From the NCBI GenBank assembly GCA_963850305.1, contig CAWKKR010000009.1:32001-96000 (forward strand): a stretch of DNA of 64,000 nt, in the 5' to 3' direction. Both the position numbers and the translations under genes were made by a program. Source of the DNA: an uncultured delta proteobacterium. GTDB lineage: Bacteria > Myxococcota_A > Polyangia > Polyangiales > Polyangiaceae. Position 1 is the stretch's first letter. The number at the start of each line of letters is the position of its first letter. This document shows, piece after piece, positions 1 to 10,684 of this stretch. Under the pieces are notes generated by a model, which worked only from the letters and a program-made list of their open reading frames with translations, made no database searches and was not told the DNA's origin.

Positions 1-252
1 GAGTTCCTTCGCGATGCGGATCGCCTCGTCGCGTTCCGAGGTCGGTAGACTGGGGCTGATCGCCGTCATGCCCACGGCGCGCCCCCCGAGTTGCTCGGCG
101 GCGATTGCGAGTACCAGCGCGCTGTCGATGCCGCCGGAGTAACAAATGAGAACGGATTCCAGTCCGCGGATGACCCGGCGAAGTTCGTCGAGCTTCACGG
201 ACGATTCGTGCGCGGTCGCCATTATCGAAAATCTAGCGCAGTCCCCGTCGCA

Positions 253-1260
253 TCACCAATGTCCGACGAAAGTCAGTCCTCCGTCGGCGGACGGCGCACC
301 AGCCAAGAGCGCGGCGGCGGGCTGGCCTTTTGGCGTCTGTGTGGTCCCGATGACGAGGAGCGTCACGCCTCCGGCAATCAGCGTGCCGCCGCCGAACAGC
401 AGGATGTTCGACGCCGTCGTCAGATGACGGATGGTGCTTTCGTCGTCCTCGTACTTCTGCGGGGTGTACGAGCCCTTGGGAGGTTGTTCGCAAACGTCGT
501 TCGGGCAACCTGACCTGAACTCGTTGAGGCGACTGTTGCGCGACAGAAGCGTCACCGTGCCGGCAACGAGCGCTACGGCGCCTGCCGCCGCGGTGGTCCA
601 GCCGATCACGCCGAACGGCGGCGAGGAGGCTTTGGCAGGCGCTTCCGTCGGCGCTGGGCTCTCGGTCGATGTCGATGTCGATATCGGCGTCCCGAGATCG
701 ATGAGTAGCGCCGCGCTGCCGCCCGCGGGCAGCGTCCATTCTTTCGACCATTCGCGATATCCGGGCGCGCGGGCCACGAGTCTGTGCGTGCCGGGATCGA
801 TGACTTGCGAGGCGCCCACGAGCTCGGGTGGCAGCGACGTGCCGTCGAGCGACAGTACGAGATTCGGGTACGCCGCGGCGGTTCGGAGCGTCGTGCTGGC
901 CAGTTGGGGGAGTGTCTGTTCGAGTTTCGCCGTGGCTTCCGTGAGCGCCTTCACGACGGCGGGAGACGACCCCGTGGGTGCTCCCTCGCGCACGATGCGC
1001 CGCCACATCTCCGTGGCGGCCACGAGGTGGCCGGAGGCGGCGCGGCAACGCGCTAAGTACTGCAGATGAACGGACGCGTGATGAAGCTCCTCGGCGCGCT
1101 CCAGGAGCGGTTGCCCCTTCTTGCAATTTCCAGATTCAACCAGATCGATACCCGAGATCGCCAGTTGACGCGCGGTGGCGACCTCGGACGCCTGCGCGCG
1201 AGCCACGCCGGGCACGAAGATGAGCATGAACGTCGCGATCGCGCATCGACAACGGAACAT
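253..1260 (-). CDS. Secreted TPR-like/PEGA-like protein with C-terminal hydrophobic segments (myxobacterial kinase partner)
   Basis: Signal peptide (..GVARAQA), helical N-domain, LSLDGTSLP..IDPGTHRLVARAPG PEGA-like segment, two hydrophobic segments, terminal GLTFVGHW; directly downstream of the kinase. Confidence 0.7.
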   Translation of the reverse strand: MFRCRCAIATFMLIFVPGVARAQASEVATARQLAISGIDLVESGNCKKGQPLLERAEELHHASVHLQYLARCRAASGHLVAATEMWRRIVREGAPTGSSPAVVKALTEATAKLEQTLPQLASTTLRTAAAYPNLVLSLDGTSLPPELVGASQVIDPGTHRLVARAPGYREWSKEWTLPAGGSAALLIDLGTPISTSTSTESPAPTEAPAKASSPPFGVIGWTTAAAGAVALVAGTVTLLSRNSRLNEFRSGCPNDVCEQPPKGSYTPQKYEDDESTIRHLTTASNILLFGGGTLIAGGVTLLVIGTTQTPKGQPAAALLAGAPSADGGLTFVGHW

Positions 1261-1271
1261 CCGGATCGAGA

Positions 1272-2717
1272 TCAGTACCCTACGTCACGGCCGATCGGGA
1301 CGATCTTCGGTGGGGACAGGGTCGCTGGCGGGCGCATCACGGAGCTCGCCAGAATCGGTTTCGCGGGAGGGAGGGTTGCTGCAGGCGGGTGACTTGAATG
1401 TACGATCTTAGCCCGCCGGTGAACGCGTTCGGGCATGGTCACGGGTTCCGAATCCGAATCTGCGGGGCTGGCGGCAGCGCGAACACTCGCGGGTGGCGCC
1501 GGGACGGGAGCCGCTGGCGGGAGCGCGGCGGCCCGAGGTGGGTTCGCCTGGACGTGGTTCGGTGGGGGCACGTGGGCCCTCGGCCAGACCGCAATCGCGA
1601 GAACGGCGGCTACGGTTGCGAGCGCTCCGCCCAGAAAAAATGCCATTCGCCGTCCTGTGTCCGCGATGGTCGTGGATGTGGGCGGGTGCGCGCCATCGGC
1701 GACCGTCAGCTCTGCCGCGTTGCGAAGCGCGGCTCCGTTGAGTGGCAAAGGCGCCGTCGAGATGGGCCCACGCACGGGTACCTTGCTCACCCGCACGACG
1801 GGTTCGCTTGCGGTGGGATCGCGTTCGAGCTCTGCGAGCGCAAGCTCCAGATCGCGCCGCATTTCTGCGGCGGTCTGATACCGATCCGTTTGATCGAACT
1901 CGCAGGCTCCGTCGATCACCGTTGCGATCGACAGGGGAAGCCCGAGTTGACGTTCCGCCATTTTGCGCGCTGGAGTCCAGGCGGCGCGCACCATGATTTC
2001 CTGCGCGCTCTCGCCTTCGTGAAGGAACTCCCCGGCAACCAGGAAAAGGAGAGTCGCCCCGGCCGAATAGAGATCGCTTCGCGTCGATACTTCGCTCGGT
2101 CGCCCGCGCGCTTGCTCGGGCGACATGTACGCGGGGGTTCCGAGCATCGTTCCGGTGCGGGTGACGGACGACGAGGTCCCGTCGAGCGCGCGTGCGACGC
2201 CGAAATCGAGCACCTTGAGCTTGTTCTCGTCCGTGAAAAACAAATTCTCGGGCTTGATGTCACGGTGCACGACGCCTTTTTCGTGCGCGACGGCGAGGCA
2301 ATCGGCAAGCTCGATCATCTTGCGCGCCGCCTCGAGCGGCGACAGGGGCCCGGTGCGTTCCACGCGCTGCCGCGCCGTCTCCCCCTCGAGGAGCTCCATG
2401 ACCAAGTAGGCATATTCGCGTTCGCGATCCAAATGGTCGTCGAGTACTCGCACCACCGCAGGGTGGCCGATCTTGTTCGCGAGGTATCCTTCACGCAAAA
2501 TTCGCTCTGCGAACTCGACGCTCGTCGTCACGGAGAAGGGGAAGAGCTTGATCGCGGCGCGAGCTCCGTTCCGGTGCGTGCCTTCGTAGACGGCGGCCAT
2601 GCCGCCGACGCCTAGCAGACGCTCGAGCGTCCACTTGCCGTCGAGAACCGTGCCCACGCGTCGAGAGGCCGGGTCGAGATGGCTCGGAGCTGGCAAGGAA
2701 GGCTCCTCCCCGGTCAT
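1272..2717 (-). CDS. Hanks-type Ser/Thr protein kinase with TM helix and Pro-rich tail
   Basis: GVGGMAAVY, AAIK, HRDIKPEN, DFG, GTPAYMSPEQ motifs. Confidence 0.95.
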   Translation of the reverse strand: MTGEEPSLPAPSHLDPASRRVGTVLDGKWTLERLLGVGGMAAVYEGTHRNGARAAIKLFPFSVTTSVEFAERILREGYLANKIGHPAVVRVLDDHLDREREYAYLVMELLEGETARQRVERTGPLSPLEAARKMIELADCLAVAHEKGVVHRDIKPENLFFTDENKLKVLDFGVARALDGTSSSVTRTGTMLGTPAYMSPEQARGRPSEVSTRSDLYSAGATLLFLVAGEFLHEGESAQEIMVRAAWTPARKMAERQLGLPLSIATVIDGACEFDQTDRYQTAAEMRRDLELALAELERDPTASEPVVRVSKVPVRGPISTAPLPLNGAALRNAAELTVADGAHPPTSTTIADTGRRMAFFLGGALATVAAVLAIAVWPRAHVPPPNHVQANPPRAAALPPAAPVPAPPASVRAAASPADSDSEPVTMPERVHRRAKIVHSSHPPAATLPPAKPILASSVMRPPATLSPPKIVPIGRDVGY

Positions 2718-2726
2718 GAGGATCGA

Positions 2727-3296
2727 TCAGCGGCCCCAGACCTGGAGCGCGTAACGTCCCGAGCCGCGATACACACTCACCTCGAGCATGTACAGCCCTG
2801 GTTGGGGGAAACAGACGGGTTCGCGCGGGGGCAGGACGGGCCAGGAGTCGTGGGTGACGTCTGCGACAACGGCATCGCCTGAGGGGCCGCGGAGGAGGAG
2901 ATCGAGATCCTTCACGCCCGAGTCAGCGGCAGCGTAAACGCGATAACATTTGCCCGGTAGCGGAGCTTCGAACGTGTATCGATCCACGGGATCTTCCTCG
3001 GATTGGGTCCCGATACGAACGTCCGTCATCGCGCGCATTCCGCCTGTGGGTCCGCAATCGCGAACGAGATGCGCGAGATCGGCGTCGGAGTTTCCCGTGG
3101 GGCGGAATGTCGAGTAGCAGTTCTCCCAGGGATTTTTGGGTGGGGTGCTCTGAGCGTCTTCGATCGTCCCCGTGGGGACCTGGGATTCTGTCGCCGGGTG
3201 TCCGGTCGAAGCAGGACCGCAGCCCGTCGTTCCGGAAATCACTACTGAAATCACGACGCCAAGAGCGCCGACGGCCGTTTTCCGCGGGCAAAGCAT
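2727..3296 (-). CDS. Putative lipoprotein, myxobacterial hypothetical (start placed at ATG 3296; the longer ORF overlaps imuA)
   Basis: Hydrophobic leader then TTGC lipobox-like; CYRVYA..DLDLLL..GLYMLEVSVYRGSGRYALQVW resembles a PPC-like beta domain. Confidence 0.6.
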   Translation of the reverse strand: MLCPRKTAVGALGVVISVVISGTTGCGPASTGHPATESQVPTGTIEDAQSTPPKNPWENCYSTFRPTGNSDADLAHLVRDCGPTGGMRAMTDVRIGTQSEEDPVDRYTFEAPLPGKCYRVYAAADSGVKDLDLLLRGPSGDAVVADVTHDSWPVLPPREPVCFPQPGLYMLEVSVYRGSGRYALQVWGR

Positions 3297-3417
3297 CAGA
3301 TCATCATCGTAGAGCGTCTCCCCGGCACAGGGAACACGCGAAAAGCCCAGTCGCCTCGAAGTTTGCTCGGACATTACATGTCCGTTGAAGGGGTTCGCGC
3401 TTTGCGATTTCGCGTGA

Positions 3418-3434
3418 CTGATACTATGTTCAGC
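3418..3434 (+). promoter_or_regulatory. Myxococcus-type LexA (SOS) box upstream of imuA
   Basis: CTGATACTATGTTCAGC vs M. xanthus consensus CTRHAMRYBYGTTCAGS (14/17), 2 nt before the imuA ATG. Confidence 0.7.
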
Positions 3435-3436
3435 TA

Positions 3437-4174
3437 ATGGCTTTGCCAGCACATCTCCTGGAGAGACTCCCTGCTGAACTGCAATGCGGACAGAACATTG
3501 CCCAGAAATCCATGGGGTTTCTGCCTTTTGGGCTTCCTGGTATGGATGAGGTTTTGCCGGATCGGGGGATCCCGCGCGGAGCCGTCGTGGAACTTGCGGT
3601 TTCGGGAGGGGTATCGCTTGCGACCTCTCTTGCTCTAGCCGCGTGTCGAACGGCTCAGAAAGAAGCAACGCTTTGCGGCGGAGAAGTCCCCTGGTGCGCA
3701 TTCGTCGATCCGTCAGCGACTCTTTACGCTCCCGGCGTCGTGGCTGCTGGCGTCAAATTGGATCGTCTTCTCGTCGTCCGGCCTTCCATGGAGGCACTGG
3801 AGCGCACGGCCATCCGTCTGGTGGGGTCCCACGCGTTTTCGATCGTCGTCGTGGACACGATGGGCGTTCCGGGGAGTGGCCTCAGCGTCGCGCTGGGTGC
3901 TTGGCCAAGAGTCATTCGTAGACTCACGCTTTTGGCAGAGGAGTCGAGCGGGTGCGTGCTGCTCGTCACGGACGGTGAAGTGCGTCGCCCATTGCCACTC
4001 CCCGTCGCAATGCGGCTGGAACTCGCGCGGCCTTCTCAAGATCGCTTGTGGGTTCGAGTCGCAAAAGATCACCGCGGCAGGGTCACAGTGCCGCGTCTCG
4101 TCACCTGGGCGAGGCCACGTGCCAAGCCTCTCAGCATCGCGCCAGAGGGGGAGCAGAAAGCGCAGGCGTCGTGA
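3437..4174 (+). CDS. imuA: ImuA, RecA/SulA-like translesion synthesis accessory protein
   Basis: GMDEVLPDRGIPRGAVVEL, WCAFVDP..LYAPG..AAGVKLDRLLVVRP; degenerate Walker A; first gene of the cassette. Confidence 0.85.
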   Translation: MALPAHLLERLPAELQCGQNIAQKSMGFLPFGLPGMDEVLPDRGIPRGAVVELAVSGGVSLATSLALAACRTAQKEATLCGGEVPWCAFVDPSATLYAPGVVAAGVKLDRLLVVRPSMEALERTAIRLVGSHAFSIVVVDTMGVPGSGLSVALGAWPRVIRRLTLLAEESSGCVLLVTDGEVRRPLPLPVAMRLELARPSQDRLWVRVAKDHRGRVTVPRLVTWARPRAKPLSIAPEGEQKAQAS

Positions 4175-5802
4175 TGGAGTCCGCAGCACGGCGGATCATC
4201 GCCATCGTATTGCCGAACCTACTGTGCGAACTGGTGAGCGTTTCGTTCGGAGCTCCTCGAATTCGCTCTGCGGATGCGTCGAAGCACGAGAGGAAGGTTC
4301 GAACACCGCCGCCGCTTGCCGTCCTCGTGGTGGATGAACAGCCCCAAGAGGCGATCGAAACGAACGTCACCATCGATGCAGTGAACCCATCGGCGAAGAA
4401 ATGTGGCGTTCGGGTCGGTCAAACCGTAGTCGAAGCTCGGGCCTTTGTCGGGCATCTCGTTGTGCGTGAGCTGCCGCGAGAGTGCGTGCAAGCCCGGCTC
4501 GGAGAAATTGCGGAGATGACGCTGAGCTTCGGGCCTACGGTTTCCATAGAAGCTCCGGATACCGTATGGGTGGACGTTACGGCTGCCGCACACCTGGCTG
4601 GAGGAGAAGAGGCTCTCTTGCTAGAGCTGGTTGCACGGGTTCGAGGGCTCGGGCATGCGGCGAACGTTGCCGTCTCGGACGGGCCGCGTCTCGCGCAGGC
4701 GTTCGCTCGCTTCGGACGAATGAATGTAGAAGGGTGTCTCGTCGTCCCTCGAAATGAAACGGCGTTTGCCCTTGGAACATTACCCCTGCAGGCGCTCGGT
4801 CTGGATGGGGAACGCGCGGCTTGGTTTGGGCGGCTGGGTGTACTCACGGTTCGCGAGCTGAAGCAGATTCCTCGCGGAGCGACTGCATCCCGTATCGGCA
4901 ACGACGCAGGGCGTGTGCTCGACCTGGCCGAAGGGAAGGACGACTCGCCGCTCGTGATGTATTCGCCGCCCGCGTTGCCCCAAGAAGAAACGATATGGGA
5001 CGAGCCAGTTTCCGGAATCGAACCGCTGCTGTTCGTACTCCGCGGTCTCGTTTCGAGATTGAGTGCGCGACTCGAAGGGCGAGGCGAGGCGGTGCAAGCA
5101 CTCACCCTCATCGTCCTTCACGATCGTGCGACGGCTCGCTTCGAAGGCGTCGCAAAGGAGACCGTACTCTATTTCGAATTTGCCTCGCCGCTCTATCGAC
5201 CCGAGGAGCTCACACGGGTACTTTCTTCTCGGCTCGGCCGACTCGATTTCTCTGCTCCGTCCGTGGGGTTGCGGCTGGAAGCGAAAGCCATCACGCGTGC
5301 TCTCGCTCTCCAGCTCGCGCTGTCCCGTTACGCTGCGGGTCTTGGCGGAACTGCGACGAAAGGTCCGGAGACTCTCCCCGTCGTTCTTGCGGAACTCGTT
5401 GCCGATCTCGGAAAAGAAAAGGTTGGAGTTCTCCGGCTGGAAAATTCGCATCGACCGGAGAAGAAAAGTCGTCTCATCGCCGTCGATCCCATGAGCAAAA
5501 GAACGCAGCCCCGACCGAGAACTGCGGAAGCTCAAGCTACGCCCTCGAGACTTTTGCTACGAGCAGTGCCGGTCGAGGGGCCTTTACGACGAGGCACGAC
5601 GCTCTCTCTCGATCACCGGCTTTACACGGTCGAACGAGTGGAGTTCGATCACCGAATCGCCTCGGTGGAGTGGTGGACGGGAGAGCCAGTCACGCGCGAC
5701 TATCTTCGGATCTGGCTTCAAGGGGCGAGTGGGGGGTTAGAGGTTATCGCCTATGTCGACAGGAAGAACCTAACTCGAAGGATTCAAGCTATTTGCGATT
5801 GA
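4174..5802 (+). CDS. imuB: ImuB, inactive Y-family DNA polymerase
   Basis: AVNPSAKKCGVRVGQTVVEARA, FGPTVSIEAPDTVWVD, C-terminal EWW..RDY; start overlaps the imuA stop. Confidence 0.88.
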   Translation: MESAARRIIAIVLPNLLCELVSVSFGAPRIRSADASKHERKVRTPPPLAVLVVDEQPQEAIETNVTIDAVNPSAKKCGVRVGQTVVEARAFVGHLVVRELPRECVQARLGEIAEMTLSFGPTVSIEAPDTVWVDVTAAAHLAGGEEALLLELVARVRGLGHAANVAVSDGPRLAQAFARFGRMNVEGCLVVPRNETAFALGTLPLQALGLDGERAAWFGRLGVLTVRELKQIPRGATASRIGNDAGRVLDLAEGKDDSPLVMYSPPALPQEETIWDEPVSGIEPLLFVLRGLVSRLSARLEGRGEAVQALTLIVLHDRATARFEGVAKETVLYFEFASPLYRPEELTRVLSSRLGRLDFSAPSVGLRLEAKAITRALALQLALSRYAAGLGGTATKGPETLPVVLAELVADLGKEKVGVLRLENSHRPEKKSRLIAVDPMSKRTQPRPRTAEAQATPSRLLLRAVPVEGPLRRGTTLSLDHRLYTVERVEFDHRIASVEWWTGEPVTRDYLRIWLQGASGGLEVIAYVDRKNLTRRIQAICD

Positions 5803-5805
5803 TTC

Positions 5806-5833
5806 TTGATACTAAGCACCCGTTCAGTATATT
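5806..5833 (+). promoter_or_regulatory. Internal sigma70-like promoter containing a LexA box, upstream of dnaE2
   Basis: TTGATA (5806-5811), 16-nt spacer, TATATT (5828-5833); CTAAGCACCCGTTCAGT (5812-5828) matches the LexA consensus 15/17. Confidence 0.7.
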
Positions 5834-5843
5834 GTGAACCCCC

Positions 5844-8800
5844 TTGTTTTCGGAGCTCCTCGGGCAATCCGCGTTTTCGTTCCTCAGGGGCGCGTCGAAG
5901 CCGGAAGAAATGGTGGAGCAATCGAAGGCGCTCGGACACAGCGCTCTCGGTTTGTGTGATCGCAATGGCATTTACGGCGTCGTGCGCGCGTTTGCGCAGG
6001 CGCAAGAAATCGGACACCGGTTGATCGTGGGCGCGGAAGTATCGCTTGCGGTCTCGAAACGGAGGATGGAGCGGACGGAGTTGCCGACACGGGCGCGTCA
6101 CGTTCGCGTCGAGCATTTCGACGCGCCGACGCTCGCACTGCTCGTACGCGATTCGAGGGGGTACGAAAATCTTTGCCGTCTTCTGACTAACGCTCACGCA
6201 GATTTGCCGAAAGGTGAAGCAGTTCTCGATTTGAAGACACTCGCGGTGCATCAGGAGGGGCTCGTTGCAGTGGTGCCTGGTGCGACTTATCCCGGAGCTT
6301 CCGATACGCCACCCGAAGAACTCTTCGACGTCCTGATCGACGCATTCGGTCGTGACCACGCGTACGTCGCTGCGTTCCGGAGATTCGACGGACATGACGC
6401 TGCTCGACTCGAATCGGTGGAAGCCTGGTCGCGCCGGTACGGCCTTGATGTCGTTGCGAGCGCGCGCCCGCTCTATCACTCGCCGGACAGGAAGCCGCTC
6501 GCGGACGTGATGCATTGTATCCGGAAAAGAACCACGCTCGACCAAGCTGGGCAAGAACTCGGGCCCAATGCAGAGGCGTATCTGCGCGCCGAAGAAGGGA
6601 AGGGCGGGATGCGAATTCTCTTTCGTGAGCGCGAGCACTGGGTCTCGCGTGCCGGAGAGGTCGCGAATCTGTGCGTATTCTCTCTCGATCGGATCAAATA
6701 CGAATTCCCGTGCGAGCTTTCGCCGGGTGAGACCGCAGATGAGGCGCTCGAGCGACTCGTCGAAGAAGGGGCGCAGCGTCGGTATCCGAGTGGCGTCCCT
6801 TCGAACGTGGGAGCACAAATCGACAAGGAGCTTCGCTTGATCGCGGAACTAGAAGTGGCTCCGTATTTTTTGAGCACGTACGAAATCATCGAGATGGCGC
6901 GGGCCAAACGCATCTTGTGTCAGGGCAGGGGTAGCGCGGCGAACAGCGCCGTCTGCTACGCGCTAGGCATCACCAGTGTCGATCCAGCCCGTAGCAATCT
7001 CCTGTTCGAGCGCTTCCTGAGCCATGAACGCCGCGAGCCTCCGGACATCGACGTGGATTTCGAGCACGAACGCCGCGAAGAAATCATCCAGGAGATTTAC
7101 GAGCGCCATGGTCGCGATCGCGCCGCGATGGTGTCGGAAGTGATTTCCTATCGGGGAAAGAGTGCGCTCCGCGAGGTAGGACGAGCGTTCGGCCTCTCGA
7201 GCGAACAGATCGAGCGATTGAGTGGGCTCCTCACACACTGGGATTCACTCGATGAGAAGGAAATTCGCGCCGACGCTCTCGGGTTCGACATGAACGATCC
7301 GCGGGTTCTCGAGATCTTCAAGAGAGCGAAGGAACTCGAGGGGTTTCCCCGGCATCTGTCCATACACGTGGGCGGGTTCGTTCTCTCCGCGCGGTCGCTA
7401 TCCGAAGTCGCTCCCGTCGAACCGGCGCGCATGAAGGGGAGAACCGTCATCCCTTGGGACAAGGACGACATCGACACATTGCGGTTCTTCAAGGTGGACG
7501 TGCTGGGCCTCGGGATGCTGTCGGCGATCAGAAAATGTCTCGCGATGATCCACGACGATGGGGTCCTCCATGCCGAGTCCGCAACGAGGCCAGACGCGAA
7601 AGGCGCCCAACCAAAAATCGAAGAGAGATTCGACCCTATCGACGTGCTTGCTCGAGTTCCGAGCGAGGATCCGGCGGTGTACCGGCTCGTTTCGGAAGCG
7701 GACACGGTGGGGGTTTTTCAGATCGAAAGCCGTGCGCAGATGGCGATGCTGCCCCGTCTTCGACCACAGAGATTTTACGATCTCGTCGTCGAAGTCGCGA
7801 TCGTGCGTCCGGGGCCGATTCAAGGGGGAATGGTCCACCCGTATCTTCGCCGACGAACGGGGAGTGAAGCCATCACGTATCCACACGAAAATCTCGTACC
7901 GATTTTGAAACGGACGCTCGGCATCCCGCTCTTCCAAGAACAGGTGATGCAGATCGCCATCACGGGCGCAGGTTACGGCGGGGGCGAGGCAGATCAGCTT
8001 CGTCGGGACATGGCGGCATGGAAGAAGAGCGGCAAGCTACTCCGGCATCGAGAGAGGTTGCTCGAAGGGTTCGCGAGATCCGGCATCTCACGGCAATTTA
8101 GCGAAGCATTGTTCGAGCAAATCAAGGGATTCGGGGATTATGGGTTTCCCGAATCGCACGCGGCGTCCTTTGCGGTGCTCGTCTACGCATCGGCCTGGCA
8201 GAAGGCTCATTTTCCCGCTCATTTCGCCTGCGCCATTTTGAATTCACAGCCAATGGGATTTTACTCGCCGTCGTCGCTGGTGAGGGACGCGCAGAAGCAC
8301 GGTGTCGAGGTTCGGGAGGTGAACGTCGTCTCCAGCGGGTGGGATTCGATGCTGGAGGCTCCGAGCAAGGCATGTCGCGTCAAGAGCGTGTTCCCGCAAG
8401 CTCGGAAGTCGCTGCGCCTCGGGCTTCGGCTCGTCAAGGGGCTCGGGGAGAGGACAGCGCGAGCCATCGAGAAGGCTCGCGAAGAGTGCGCCTTTTCGAA
8501 CCTTCACGATCTCGTGCTGCGAGCGAGGCTCGAGAAAGACGAAGTGGAGGCACTCGCGGAAGCTGGCGCGCTCGAAGAACTGGTGCACGGAAGACGACAG
8601 GCGCTTTGGTCGGCGCGCGCCCCACGTACGGAAGGACTCTTTGCCCGTCAAGATACGTCCGAACCGGCTGTGACGCTCCCCGCGCTTTCTCCCATGGATC
8701 AGTTGCTCTTCGACTATGGGCGGACCGGTCTTTCGGTGAGCGACCATCCGCTCCGACACGTCAGAGAAGAGCTGTGCAGAAAGAAAATCGTCACGATGGC

Positions 8801-9134
8801 GGAGCTTCAGAACACGAACGAGGAGCGAGCAAGCGTCGCTGGTCTAGTTTTGACGAGGCAGCGGCCTGGAACGGCGAGCGGCATCGTGTTCATCACGCTC
8901 GAAGACGAAACAGGCATTGCGAACCTGGTGCTCTATAGTCGTGTGTTCCACGAGCATCGCGTTCTCGCGCGTCAAGCTCCGCTCCTCGTCGCTCACGGCA
9001 AGGTGGAGCGCCATGTGACGGAGGCGCGTCCCGGAGAATTCGGAGCTACGACACCGATCGTGCATCTTCTGGTCGAAAAGTTGGAGCGACTCGATATTCC
9101 GGGCATCGAAAAGTCGTCGCGCGATTTCCACTGA
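5844..9134 (+). CDS. dnaE2: Error-prone DNA polymerase III alpha homolog DnaE2 (ImuC)
   Basis: [13 protein letters not shown] start, [35 protein letters not shown], diagnostic C-terminal SRDFH. Confidence 0.96.
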   Translation: MFSELLGQSAFSFLRGASKPEEMVEQSKALGHSALGLCDRNGIYGVVRAFAQAQEIGHRLIVGAEVSLAVSKRRMERTELPTRARHVRVEHFDAPTLALLVRDSRGYENLCRLLTNAHADLPKGEAVLDLKTLAVHQEGLVAVVPGATYPGASDTPPEELFDVLIDAFGRDHAYVAAFRRFDGHDAARLESVEAWSRRYGLDVVASARPLYHSPDRKPLADVMHCIRKRTTLDQAGQELGPNAEAYLRAEEGKGGMRILFREREHWVSRAGEVANLCVFSLDRIKYEFPCELSPGETADEALERLVEEGAQRRYPSGVPSNVGAQIDKELRLIAELEVAPYFLSTYEIIEMARAKRILCQGRGSAANSAVCYALGITSVDPARSNLLFERFLSHERREPPDIDVDFEHERREEIIQEIYERHGRDRAAMVSEVISYRGKSALREVGRAFGLSSEQIERLSGLLTHWDSLDEKEIRADALGFDMNDPRVLEIFKRAKELEGFPRHLSIHVGGFVLSARSLSEVAPVEPARMKGRTVIPWDKDDIDTLRFFKVDVLGLGMLSAIRKCLAMIHDDGVLHAESATRPDAKGAQPKIEERFDPIDVLARVPSEDPAVYRLVSEADTVGVFQIESRAQMAMLPRLRPQRFYDLVVEVAIVRPGPIQGGMVHPYLRRRTGSEAITYPHENLVPILKRTLGIPLFQEQVMQIAITGAGYGGGEADQLRRDMAAWKKSGKLLRHRERLLEGFARSGISRQFSEALFEQIKGFGDYGFPESHAASFAVLVYASAWQKAHFPAHFACAILNSQPMGFYSPSSLVRDAQKHGVEVREVNVVSSGWDSMLEAPSKACRVKSVFPQARKSLRLGLRLVKGLGERTARAIEKAREECAFSNLHDLVLRARLEKDEVEALAEAGALEELVHGRRQALWSARAPRTEGLFARQDTSEPAVTLPALSPMDQLLFDYGRTGLSVSDHPLRHVREELCRKKIVTMAELQNTNEERASVAGLVLTRQRPGTASGIVFITLEDETGIANLVLYSRVFHEHRVLARQAPLLVAHGKVERHVTEARPGEFGATTPIVHLLVEKLERLDIPGIEKSSRDFH

Positions 9135-9189
9135 GGCCGCTTCGATCTCAGCGACTACTCGAGCCCACACGAGCGCACGCAACGCACGC

Positions 9190-9505
9190 TCGTCGCCTTC
9201 ACCGATCTCGACTAAGGTGCGTGTCGTCGACGGCAACGACGTCCTTGTGACGCACGTGCGGTGCTGGGACCGTGCGCAGCAGATCGAGCAGCCGGAGCAC
9301 CTCCAGCGGCTGGTCGACGAGAAGCAACACGCCCGCGAGCATCGCGGGCTCGATCGCCTCGCACGCGCGGCCCGCACACGCGTTCCTCCGTATCGTCGCC
9401 GAGCGCGGAGGCAACGTCGGGAACCCAACCGCTCGCTTGTTCGTCGTTCTCGACGCCGTCGGCGCCGCGCCGCGGCAAGAAGCACTGACCCCACTTCACC
9501 GGTGA
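9190..9505 (+). pseudogene. IS21-family transposase (IstA) C-terminal remnant, frameshifted
   Basis: [38 protein letters not shown], then [18 protein letters not shown] in a second frame; parallels the C-terminal part of the IstA at 56225-57766. Confidence 0.7.
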
Positions 9506-9618
9506 ACGTCACCGGCACGAGCCGCGTTCTTCACCAGTGAAGGTCACCGAATTCCCGCGGGCTCACGCGATCGTCAACAGCGCACGCAACCAGAGACTCG
9601 TTCTGGCCGAAGGGGGGC

Positions 9619-10684
9619 ATGACGCGAATGCTCGCCCTCCGTTCCACGCTGCTCGTTGTTGCTCTCTCGGGGAACGCGATGGCGAACGTTCCTGGTCTCG
9701 TCCTCGCAGGGAACTCCGCCTGTCGAGTGACGTTGACGAAGGTGAGCTACGACACGCCCGGGGCGGACGCGTCGGAGTTCGTGGAGCTCCATGCAGATCC
9801 CGTGGGAATGCGGCTGGCGATTCCGGATCGTCACCCCTTGGATGCCGGCGCGGACGCTTCCGACGCAAGCGCCCTGGACGCCGGAGCCCCGACCCTGGGA
9901 GATTGTGGCCTTTCGGCGCTGGCGCTCGTCGATGGCAGTGGTGACGCCTGCAACATCTACCGGACGATTCCGCTCGCCGTCACCCCGATTCCCGCGGATG
10001 GGTACATCGTGTTGTGTGCCAACGGGACGGCGTTCGATTCTCGCGTCGCATTGCGATGTAACTTACGCCGGTCGCTCGGCGCTGAAGAATGGCTGGCTCC
10101 AGAATGGCCCCAACGACGGCCTGCGGTTCGAAACCGGGTCGGGCAACGTCGATGTTGGTTACGAAGGCGCGCCCTCGTGCTTTTCGACGTCGGCCGCGGA
10201 ACTCGTCACTGAAACGGGCGAAGTATCCAGCGGGATGGGCGCAACGGAAGATGACGTGAATGCCTTTTGCGCCGGCCGGTTTCAGTTGCTGCCCGCGAGT
10301 GAGGCGACGCTTCGCTCGATTCCCGATTGCCCCACCCCCCCGATCGGAGGAGGTGCTCGCGACGCATCTCCGGAATCGTCCGGAGACGCTACCATGGTCG
10401 TTGAACGCATTCCGGATACCGGTTCCGGAGGTGCCCCGGCGCTTTATGAGTCAGGATGGTTCGACGCAGCCGTGCTTGGAACCCCCGACCCGTTGCCCGG
10501 GCCGCCCTCGCCGCCTGGTTGCGCCATCGGTCACGAAGTCGGTTCCGGGGCGTCGCCCCTGACGGCGACCCTCGTCACCTTGGGTTTCGCGTCGCTCATG
10601 CTACGGAGGCGACGGACTCTTCTACCGGTGTCTGGGAGTCCAATCGTCCGCGCCGCTCGCTCCGGTTCGTCGCCTCGTCGTTGA
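9619..10684 (+). pseudogene. Secreted lamin-tail-domain-like protein with MYXO-CTERM-like anchor, split by a frameshift near 10040
   Basis: Frame 1: signal peptide, VSYDTPGADASEFVELH, IPADGYIVLC; frame 2: WLQNGPNDGLR and GCAIG..TM..RRRR tail. Confidence 0.6.
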
